Source of the DNA: Octopus bimaculoides
Lineage: Eukaryota
Assembly: GCF_001194135.2 (NCBI RefSeq)
Contig: NC_068983.1
Span: 82,804,089 to 82,868,088 of the forward strand
Direction of reading: 5' to 3'
DNA length: 64,000 bases
Position 1 is the first letter of the stretch; every line of letters begins with the position of its first letter. Both the position numbers and the translations under genes were made by a program. Positions 53,424 through 64,000 of the stretch are shown piece after piece. A model generated the notes under the pieces. That model was given only the letters and a program-made list of their open reading frames with translations, searched no databases and had not been told where the DNA came from.

Positions 53424-53857
53424 GAACTTACGTACATACATTTGAATATATATATAGTTTAAAACTGCCATCAAGAGAATATTTGTATCCAATATATATA
53501 GATATTTGTATGTGTGTACGTAGGTATCTATCCTCACTAAACATGTAAATAAGTATATGCATGTAATACATGGTGTGTATGCAAACCAAGTTATATAATT
53601 TATATACATTTTAATATATCTATATAATATATTTTATATTTTGAAATGCGATCATATTTATATGTAATTTATGTTTACAATGTGCATGTATGTATGAATA
53701 TATACACCATGCTTCTTTTATATATGGCTAATGATTATAATTTAAATTTATAGACATAGAAATGCATACATATATTATACACATACTTACATACTGAGGA
53801 ATGCAACAAAACACACCAGCAAACACACAGATACTTATAAATACATACACACTCACA

Positions 53858-53895
<38 letters not shown>

Positions 53896-54508
53896 TATAT
53901 ATATATATAGGCATGCATAAATACACACACATATATACACATACATACATACATGCATATATATTACATAATACTTACATGTATATATACACACACACAC
54001 ATTCATACATATACGCACAAATATATATGTATATGTATGTCTAGTTAATCTTATATATGTGCCTACATTCCTATCTATTAGAACAATGATTCTTATTATC
54101 CTTGGTAATATTTTTATGTTCAATGGAAATTGTGCTCAAATTGTTGTTCTTAGTGTTGTTGTCATTCTTCTTCTAGACGTCTTCATCTCTACTTCTTCTC
54201 TAACTCTCCCTCCCTACTCCTACTCCAATAACCAGTACAGCTACGATCACTACGGCTGTGACAGCCGCTTGTACTGCTGCTGCTGCTACTGCTGCTGCAG
54301 TATCTGCAATTACTATTTTATTGCTGCTTTTCTTTTCCCTTTTTATTTATAGTAATACAAGTAATCTTTATCCCAAAGATTTAAAAGCTCTTTAGCAGTG
54401 TCTAAAAACGATAAACACCAACAGACACCACTGCCAACTCCACCATTACCACCTTTTTGAAAAACAAGATCAACAACAAATATATTACTATTGATCGCCG
54501 TTATCATC

Positions 54509-54571
<63 letters not shown>

Positions 54572-56409
54572 GTTAGCAAAAAAACAGCATCAATCAGAAG
54601 CAAACAAATATCAACCGTAATATCTACAATGTTTCCCTTTCCACATAAGAAATGAAAGAAGTAAAACATTTGTGTCTTCTAGATAATACCAAGTTATATA
54701 ATGTAAGAATGGTCCATTGAGTGGTTAATATAGTAGAAGAAAAACAGAGGGAAGAGAGGGTTTGGCAAAACTAAGATGCACATTCAGAAAGCTTTGTACA
54801 CAACATAAAATATATAACAAGAAATACCACCAACAATCAAGAATATAGAAATAAAAACAAAGACGAAATAGGTATGGCATGGAGTGGTTGGAAGAATAGT
54901 TTAAAAGGTATGAGGCACGATATTGAAAGAAAATATAGATGGACATACAGAATATAATAAGAAATGGTATGCTGGCATTGTATTTAGTGAACATTAAAAG
55001 GAGGAACAAAGTAAAAAGAAAATAGCATAAAGAAAAGAGCATAAGGATAAATATTCCGTCTATACAAATGTCTGCCTATCTATCTATTTCTTCATATATA
55101 AATGAACGTGTGTACGTGTCTGTGTGTGTGTCTCTGTGTGTGTCTGTGTGTGTGTATAGATACATATATATNNNNNNNNNNNNNNNNNNNNNNNNNNNNN
55201 NNNNNNNNNNNNNNNNNNNNNNNNNNNNNNNNNNNNNNNNNNNNNNNNNNNTATATATATATATCGATAGATAGATAGATACATACATACATACATACAT
55301 AAATACATACATACATACATGCATACATACATACGTACATATGTAAATGTGTATATATATATATATACACATATATATATATACACATATATATATATAT
55401 ACACATATACACATATACACATATATATACATATGCATATGTGTACGTATTTATGTATGAATATGCTTATATATGTATGTATGTATTCATGAATGTATGT
55501 ATGTATATATACAAATGTGTGTCCGTGTGTGTGTGTGTATGTATGTACGCATTTTTGTGTGCGTATGTGCTTGAGTGCTTATTCATCTGTTAATCTACGA
55601 GTTTCACTGCGCATATGCATGTATGTATATTTTTACGTATATGACTTTTTTTTTACTTCTACTGTACATGTATTTTGGGCAAATGTAATCCTTTATCAAT
55701 CTTTATCATATAGATATATGCGTGGCTATCTCTAAGGTTACTTGTTACAAAGCAGACATGAATGGAATGTTTAATAAACATGGCTTTATATATAAAAGCT
55801 TCCTTACATTATCCGTATTAGTCAGCCAATAAAAAATGGTTAGATTTTGACCAACCATTTGGTTGAGAAGATATTAGATATTTTGTAGAACTCATTTTTT
55901 TTTAAAGTGATATTATTTTTTCGGGTATTATTAGAAATCTGTTTGTTTCACTTGTTAGATATTAATCATTTAACCAAATATAACTTTTCTGTGGGACAGA
56001 GTACATGCCATTTTTAATCGCTTCTACGTTGTGTCATTGAAATTTTGTTTCAATAGAGAGGTTGTGATGATGTTGATAATGATGACGGGCATGGTTATAA
56101 TGATCATCATTATTATCATAAGACAAGAGCATGATCAATGCGACGACGACGGAGACGAAAACGGTACCGAACATGATGATGATTATCATCACCACCAGCA
56201 CCACCACCACCACCAGCACCACCACCACCACCACCACTGACGCCGCCGACGTCGTTATCATCATCATCACCATCATCATCATCAATATTACCACCGCCAA
56301 TCGGAAGACCGTCTGCGATTAGGATTATTATTGTTGTTGTTGGTATTGGTAATGGTGGTGGCATTATTGTTATTGTTGTTGTTGTTGCTGCTGTTGTTGT
56401 TATTATTAT

Positions 56410-56595
56410 GTGACGAAAACGCAGGTTATTTTGCTCGGTATGATGGAAAGTGTCAGCTGCTCACAGCCAGCAGACTAAGGTGACACTTGTTTACTGGTCA
56501 TGCTTCAGGAACCCTGCGAAGAATTCTTGCAGCTCCAAGCAATGCTGATTTTTGTAGGTGTTCTACCTTCACACTTGCACCGATCTTTTTCAATG

Positions 56596-56598
<3 letters not shown>
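56410..56598 (-). mobile_element. R4/Dong LINE extreme 3' fragment
   Basis: LKKIGASVKVEHLQKSALLGAARILRRVPEA* plus 3' UTR, flanked by TAA-type tracts on both sides. Confidence 0.85.
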
Positions 56599-56651
<53 letters not shown>

Positions 56652-56665
56652 ATCATTATCATTAT

Positions 56666-56751
<86 letters not shown>

Positions 56752-56752
<1 letters not shown>

Positions 56753-57510
56753 CATCTCTTTATCACAGGTTTTGTTGGAGCTCCTGGAGTTTTGCATGCG
56801 CAGCGGGCTTACTACCTGCAGCCTCTGGTACCGTGCTATTCGCTCTGTTCAGCTATCTAATACTTTCCTGATTATTCTGACCGTGCCAAGCAGGCAAACC
56901 TTTTGTAACAGTTCTATTGGGCACTCTATTCCAATTTCCTTTATATTCTTCTTGATGCCTTCTAATACTGTTCTCAAGGACCCAACAATAATTAGCACTA
57001 TCTTCACCTTCTTCATTTTCCATAGCTGGGCAATTTTGCACTTAAGATGATTGTATCTATCTTTTCGCCCACCTCCTTCACTATTTGTGGGTCAAAGTGA
57101 CATGCAGCGTCAACTATGTAGGATATGTGATGCACCTTACCCACCACCACTAGGTCCGGTCTATTATGCTCTAGCACCTAATCTGTTTGGATTGGGAAAC
57201 CCTAGAAGAATTTGCTAGTTTCCAATCCTCCACTCTCTATAGTTTGTGCTCATACCATGTCTTACTTCTATCTTGCCCCCACTTTTGCACAGCTTCCAAT
57301 GTAGCACTTTCTCTACCTGATCGTGTCACCACAACTCATAGTAGTTTTGGACAAGTAAAGGGCATTCATTCGTGATATGGACAATGGTTTCATCTACTTT
57401 ATTGCAGATGCGACACAGCAGAGACACTTGCTCATTCGTCAAGTTGACCCTCCAGTTCGTGGCCAGAGCTTGGTCCTCTGCTACCAGTTTAGTGCTTGAA
57501 GTGTCTGCGC
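56752..57510 (-). mobile_element. 5'-truncated R4/Dong LINE (CCHC plus RLE), a different subfamily; its tail is the 56599-56751 TAA/TAG tract
   Basis: AEDQALATNW..LCRICNKVDETIVHITNECP..HDQVEKVLHWKLC..HNRPDLVVV..IVDAAC..IIVGSLRTV..LLQKVCLLGTVRIIRKVLDS*. Confidence 0.85.
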
Positions 57511-57996
57511 ATTGTCAAGCGTAGTTATTTCCCTTAATACTGATTTATACTGAAGCATTTTAGTAAAAGAAATATTAAATTTTCTAATTTCCTATCATTT
57601 TATTTTTATTTAAATCATTTTTACAATTATTCGTATCGTTTTGTATATGTTCGTAATAAAACTAACTTACGTTGGTGTCATTTTATTTTTGGCTTCGCTC
57701 TCGATAGATTTTTGCTTGTTTAGATATTTGAGTAGTATACCATTCACATTACTTCCTTGTCCTTTTTTTTCCTCAGTGTATTACCTTGATGAATACATAC
57801 GTTGTAACCATGGTGATTGAGAAGCTGTATAAAACATAGCAATTTATCTTATACACACGCACAAATGCACGATTATATCTATTTTTATATACCACTCTGT
57901 CTATAACAATATCTAGCTACATACCTGTAAATACTCACACACACGCAGACATATATATACACACATATATACATATACATATATATAAACATATGC

Positions 57997-58034
<38 letters not shown>

Positions 58035-58680
58035 ATATGCGTATATATATATATATACATATATATATANNNNNNNNNNNNNNNNNNNNNNNNNNNNNNN
58101 NNNNNNNNNNNNNNNNNNNNNNNNNNNNNNNNNNNNNNNNNNNNNNNNNNNNNNNNNNNNNNNNNNNNNNNNNNNNNNNNNNNNNNNNNNNNNNNNNNNN
58201 NNNNNNNNNNNNNNNNNNNNNNNNNNNNNNNNNNNNNNNNNNNNNNNNNNNNNNNNNNNNNNNNNNNNNNNNNNNNNNNNNNNNNNNNNNNNNNNNNNNN
58301 NNNNNNNNNNNNNNNNNNNNNNNNNNNNNNNNNNNNNNNNNNNNNNNNNNNNNNNNNNNNNNNNNNNNNNNNNNNNNNNNNNNNNNNNNNNNNNNNNNNN
58401 NNNNNNNNNNNNNNNNNNNNNNNNNNNNNNNNNNNNNNNNNNNNNNNNNNNNNNNNNNNNNNNNNNNNNNNNNNNNNNNNNNNNNNNNNNNNNNNNNNNN
58501 NNNNNNNNNNNNNNNNNNNNNNNNNNNNNNNNNNNNNNNNNNNNNNNNNNNNNNNNNNNNNNNNNNNNNNNNNNNNNNNNNNNNNNNNNNNNNNNNNNNN
58601 NNNNNNNNNNNNNNNNNNNNNNNNNNNNNNNNNNNNNNNNNNNNNNNNNNNNNNNNNNNNNNNNNNNNNNNNNNNNNNNN

Positions 58681-58845
58681 GGTGTTTATAAGCCATTTAA
58701 AATAACACACAAAATCCGTTAGATTCACTTCAACATTTAAATTTAATTTGTCAAAATATTTTCGTCGCTTTGAGACCGTGACCTAACGGATTTTGTGTGT
58801 TATTTTAAATGGCTTATAAACACCTTCCACGCTGCAATTGTTTTA
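58681..58845. repeat. Second copy of the 42241 repeat, rearranged into a perfect 42-bp inverted repeat (58681-58722 / 58783-58824)
   Basis: Arms checked base by base; 60-bp spacer; abuts the N-gap at 58070-58680. Confidence 0.85.
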
Positions 58846-59403
58846 TATATATATATACATGTGCATGAATGTACTAATGTATATAAAAATAAGCCTAACA
58901 CTATATCACACTAAGCTTGATTCGAATCTAACATGACAAACGTGGAGAATAAATAACGAATTAAGATAAAAACTATAAATCAGATGATAAAGGAACTTAA
59001 ACATATGTTCTAATTTAGGCGGCTCAAGTGAACTGATATTTTAGATAATTACAAGATAATGATTAAGATGAATTTAACAATTACTAAAACAAATTATAAC
59101 TATACTTGAAAAAATTGTTACATTTTCAAAATACTAAAAAAAAAAAAACGTTGAACATTGCACTTCAGTTTCCATGGTGACAACTAAATACTCAATTTCA
59201 AAGCGTTTAACACACAGATGTTTGCTTTCGTATAAAATTTAGAGACTAGCATGTTTTTAAATTTAAGCATTCTAAAACGTTAATGGTTGACGTAAGTTTA
59301 TTATTGTCATTGTTGTTGTTGTTGTTGTTATTATTATCATCATCATCATCATTATTGTTGCTATTATTTTTGTTATCATCATCATCATCATCATCATCAT
59401 TAC

Positions 59404-59445
<42 letters not shown>

Positions 59446-59470
59446 GCTGCTGCTGCTGATGATGATGATT

Positions 59471-59515
<45 letters not shown>

Positions 59516-59670
59516 GTAAATGGACACAGAAGAACAGCTTGAAAAAGTGTTTAGTGATTCGATCAGCGCCAGTGCAGTGCTTAGTTTTGTGTTTGCTAAT
59601 CTAAAAGTGGAATGACTGCGGCCAAAAAATCTATTCCTACAGAACGTCTGTGTGTGTGTGTGTGTGTGTG

Positions 59671-59706
<36 letters not shown>

Positions 59707-62588
59707 ACGTATATANNNNNNNNNNNNNNNNNNNNNNNNNNNNNNNNNNNNNNNNNNNNNNNNNNNNNNNNNNNNNNNNNNNNNNNNNNNNNNNNNNNNN
59801 NNNNNNNNNNNNNNNNNNNNNNNNNNNNNNNNNNNNNNNNNNNNNNNNNNNNNNNNNNNNNNNNNNNNNNNNNNNNNNNNNNNNNNNNNNNNNNNNNNNN
59901 NNNNNNNNNNNNNNNNNNNNNNNNNNNNNNNNNNNNNNNNNNNNNNNNNNNNNNNNNNNNNNNNNNNNNNNNNNNNNNNNNNNNNNNNNNNNNNNNNNNN
60001 NNNNNNNNNNNNNNNNNNNNNNNNNNNNNNNNNNNNNNNNNNNNNNNNNNNNNNNNNNNNNNNNNNNNNNNNNNNNNNNNNNNNGGAGGAGGAGGAGGAG
60101 GAGGAGGAGGAAGAAGAGGTGAAGGACGATGACGATGACGATGACGAGGAGGATAATGAGGACAGCGGTGGCGTTGTTTAAGCTTAGCTCAGCCCTAATC
60201 GAGGTGATAGATCTAAGGCATTCTAGCCATGACCATCACATCAACGATTATTTAAGACTACATAATCCTAGATATTCTGTCTTTTTTCAAAGACAGCATA
60301 CTGGAATTTATGAGAGTTTCGGCTGCTATCTGCAGCAGCTCGTGTGACGATAAGGAGGCTTCCTCACTAAATCGTCTGAGGTTGGATTCTTCTTATAGAC
60401 CTCAGTCTGTTATACCCGTGTAGAGCTTCTATCAAAGGTTCCTGCCGAGATCATCCCGCATATTTGTTAATCAGTCACTTCATTATCAAATACGTCATAC
60501 TTTAATATATGAATTGAGGAAGGTTTGATTGACAATATCCATCAGAGAGAGTGACTGTATAAAGTAGTCCCAATGCCATGCATTTTTGAGGAAGACGTTG
60601 TACAGTCTGTTTTATCAGTCGCTTATCTGGTTCTGCCATCTCAGTACTCGTTATCATGATTGTGAATATTAATTTATCAAATAGAGGCAAGACTAGAATA
60701 GCTTTGATCATAAGTATACTTAATCGAGTTTGACTTCCTTGAACAAAATTGTTGGTTTTGTGCAAAAGTATGAAACACAAAGGGTTTTGACTATTTCACT
60801 TTGTTTTAGACATGGAGGTACAGAGCCCGTAAGTTCTTATTTTATTTATCATTTATTTTACTTTTATTCAGTTACTTGTCAGAACCCCAGATAGTGTTGC
60901 GTGGAAGGTAGAAAATTATCTGCAAACAAAAGACAGGACGAGAAAACTTGAAACAGAATTTTAAATAAATTATCCAGCAATTAACAAAGTTGGTGTCAAA
61001 CTGATCGATTGTCCAAGTTTCACATTGCCAGAATAAATACGGCATAGTATTTTGTCATACGTTCCATTGACTCTGCTAATTTATCGCCTATTATTGTGAC
61101 TTATTAGAAATGAAAAGAACATTTTGTTAAATTGCAATGCTGTCTAAACATTGTAATTAACTAAAAAAGAAAAACATTTCAAATAGAAAAGTAATGTAAA
61201 ATCTGTAACAAATATTTTGACATAACCTGGGCATAAATGCTGTTGCTTTGCTCAACGAGGTCAATTCCGATCAATTACACTTACGATTAAACTTATTCTT
61301 GTTGTAAACAGCCCGTATTCTTCCTTCAGTTTTTCTTCTTCTTCTTTTTTTTTTTTTTGGAAAAACAATGTATTTAAGGCTTCCTTACTTAATTCGACCC
61401 TTACATTTGTTTAGAATGGTGCTTGCAGTATGCCGAAGTTTTAGCTATTATTCCAGATACATAAAGGTTTCATGTCTCACAGCTATGCCCATTTTTTATT
61501 GCGAGTGCATTTTGAAGATAAGACATATAGGCCTAGACAAAGCCTGATCCACTTAGACGTATGACGAATACCAGTTCCGTTTGTAAAATTTCTTCTTTTG
61601 CGACTGTAACTGACTGCATTATCTAATATCATACGCCTTATTTTTAAGAGAGTACGATAGGAGACAGATTTGGAAGCTTATTCTAACGGGTGAAATGACG
61701 CTGCAAGTATTTTTCGTTGGCTCGAGGTGGAATTCAGTTATTATATGTAACGTGATCTTTAAGTTAATACGTAACAATTTATTCCGTGAGCTTAGTTATA
61801 ATCTAAACATGGATGATTAAGCCATAGTTAGGTGGTTTCAAGGTCTTCTTGATTTATCAATAAATTACAAGAATATTTTAAAAACATTCCTTAAGTTCTT
61901 TGAAAAACATCATAAAGCTTGGTAACATCTACAGGGTATACTAATTAGATGACGAAAGAAATTCACAAAATTTCGAGATGTTGTATGCTGAAAAACTGAT
62001 AGGATGTTTTCCTACATGATATTTCAAAGGATATTGAGTTGCGAATTTTAGCATGATGCTATTTAATAATTTAGCTTAATTTCATATAAAGGCATGAAGC
62101 CAAATATCTATAAGCCACAGGAGAACTATATAATCCGCAGAATATGTAATATTCTAGTAATGCTATTCTAAATCTTCGCATAAACATACACATTTCTATA
62201 CGCATAGATATATGTATGTATTTATGCCTGTATGCCTATATATANNNNNNNNNNNNNNNNNNNNNNNNNNNNNNNNNNNNNNNNNNNNNNNNNNNNNNNN
62301 NNNNNNNNNNNNNNNNNNNNNNNNNNNNNNNNNNNNNNNNNNNNNNNNNNNNNNNNNNNNNNNNNNNNNNNNNNNNNNNNNNNNNNNNNNNNNNNNNNNN
62401 NNNNNNNNNNNNNNNNNNNNNNNNNNNNNNNNNNNNNNNNNNNNNNNNNNNNNNNNNNNNNNNNNNNNNNNNNNNNNNNNNNNNNNNNNNNNNNNNNNNN
62501 NNNNNNNNNNNNNNNNNNNNNNNNNNNNNNNNNNNNNNNNNNNNNNNNNNNNNNNNNNNNNNNNNNNNNNNNNNNNNNNNNNNNNNNN

Positions 62589-62664
<76 letters not shown>

Positions 62665-62699
62665 CAAACAGATTTACATGGAGCATGAAAAATACAGAA

Positions 62700-64000
62700 T
62701 ACTAAGAAGGGAATTCATAGTTTCGTTTTAACTCAACAGCTGTGTCTGGAAGCCCGGAATTACGCAAAATAGTAATGTTCATAATTAACAAGTGGAATGG
62801 GCAAAAAGTCAACGGTATGCAACCAGTAAATGGTTTCATAAAGATATCACAAGACCGGCTTCCATCATCAGGAGAAAGAATTGGCAAACTCAGCCCACAT
62901 AGTAGTGTAAGAGATTTAAAAGTGCAGGGAAAAAGAGGAAGGAAAAGAGTAAAAGGGCAGGGAGAGAGAGAGGATGTAAGTGGCTTACGAATGGGGAGTA
63001 GAGAGGTAGAGGAAGAGCAAGAAGAAATACAAGGCAGCGAGCGGGAAGTTGAAGTCAGTACACAGAGAAGTTAACGGAGGTAGAGAGGTGAGTCGGAGGG
63101 AGGAAAAGAAGCAAGTTAAAGTCAGTATTGTGCAAGGAGATGCTATTGGCGGTAGGATAAATCACTAAGCAGACCTTAAATCAGTTAGGGATGGTTGATA
63201 GCTATAAAGAAAGGCAGAAAGAGACAAGCAATGAAATGTTTTAATAGGGTGGGGGTAACGGTTGATTAGGGTTGTTGAGATAAGGAATAAGGCATGCGGA
63301 TAATAGAGAGGATCAGACTTTGAGTTAATTAGGCAGGGGAGCTAGTCATAGAGAAGGACAGTAAAAGGTAACGAATGAGGTAGGTAACGAATGAGGAAGA
63401 TATGCTGAAATATGGAGAAAAGGTAGTAGAAGAAGAAGAGAAAGAGAGAGAGTGTGTGTGTGGATGTGTGAGAGAGTGATAGAGAGGAAGAAAAAGTTAG
63501 GGCTTCATCATAATTAGTAGAGATTATAGAAACTTTGTGTAATGGGAAAATGTGGAATCACATTTGTGCTTACATGAAAGGATTACGTCAGAGAAGCTAT
63601 AGAGTTATGAGGAGTTATGTTGGTGAAGGATAGCAAGCGACTTCCTTCAAAACAATTTACAACTCGGTAGGTAGTATTGTTCGGGAAAGGACCAGGAGAA
63701 AGTATAGGAAATATTCCCAGACTTGATGATAAAATATGTGTGTATGTAGCCAGGGAGATAGAGAAGGTGAAGGCTTGATCTGAAAACGAATTCATACGAG
63801 CCCGATTGAGGCGCTTGAAATCAATAGTTTGCATCTGTTACAGGCTGTAATTATTGATCTCGTGTTCGCTGTTGTAGAATAGGTGATTTTAATGGAAGAC
63901 TTATTGAAGATTGGGTGGTGTTTACGCTGTGGTGGAAAATCGGTGCTTAGTATTTTGAAAAATAGCGAAGGTAAAGATTTAACCTGAAGAGATAATGGTG
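62700..64000 (-). mobile_element. Penelope-like element remnant (RT-thumb/linker region at 63792-63998), continuing beyond the window
   Basis: PLSLQVKSLPSLFFKILSTDFPPQRKHHPIFNKSSIKITYSTTANTRSIITACNR resembles the PLE motif PPFSxxVKTNxGxxFxxLIxxHFPxxHxLHKIFNxNTxKxSYSxxxNxxSIIxxHN. The extent below 63790 is poorly defined. Confidence 0.65.

Larger units (their letters stand above)
1539..62589. other. Scaffold N-gaps at 1539-1869, 6903-6912, 10222-10231, 17341-17350, 33913-34272, 38389-38439, 40566-41256, 43902-44193, 48528-49370, 52416-53031, 55172-55251, 58070-58680, 59717-60085 and 62246-62589
   Basis: Runs of n, almost all flanked by microsatellites, as expected for a short-read draft assembly. 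Boundaries are approximate to a few bp. Confidence 0.95.

Noticed and set aside
60450-62150. Possible ancient retroelement (PLE-like N-terminus) on the minus strand
   Set aside because: Hints such as HAKIRNSISFEISCRK are too weak and discontinuous; would need tBLASTn or HMM support.
40491-62705. Long ORFs of 140-350 aa in the track
   Set aside because: They consist of X from N-gaps plus dinucleotide-repeat translations.

Overview
Eukaryotic, AT-rich, microsatellite-saturated draft-assembly sequence with about 14 N-gaps. The SINE families and repeat landscape suggest an Octopus (cephalopod) genome; this is an inference, not a database match. No intact host protein-coding gene can be supported: the long ORFs in the track are microsatellite, low-complexity or N-gap artefacts, or decayed transposon fragments. 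The window is a transposon graveyard. It holds R4/Dong-type RLE LINE fragments tied to (TAA)n tracts, a CR1-like LINE, the 5' part of an RTE-BovB-like LINE, a Penelope-like element (PLE), a Helitron deletion derivative, Tc1, mariner and hAT elements, and at least four tRNA-derived SINE families (labelled A-D here) plus one chimera. The most interesting signal is RNA structure. There are two different minimal hammerhead-ribozyme folds in short repeats: one fused to a tRNA-like Pol III head, and one whose core C3-G8 pair appears swapped to G3-C8. There is also an HDV-like double-pseudoknot fold starting exactly at the 5' end of the RTE element. All structure calls were made by eye, and several copies carry probably inactivating mutations.
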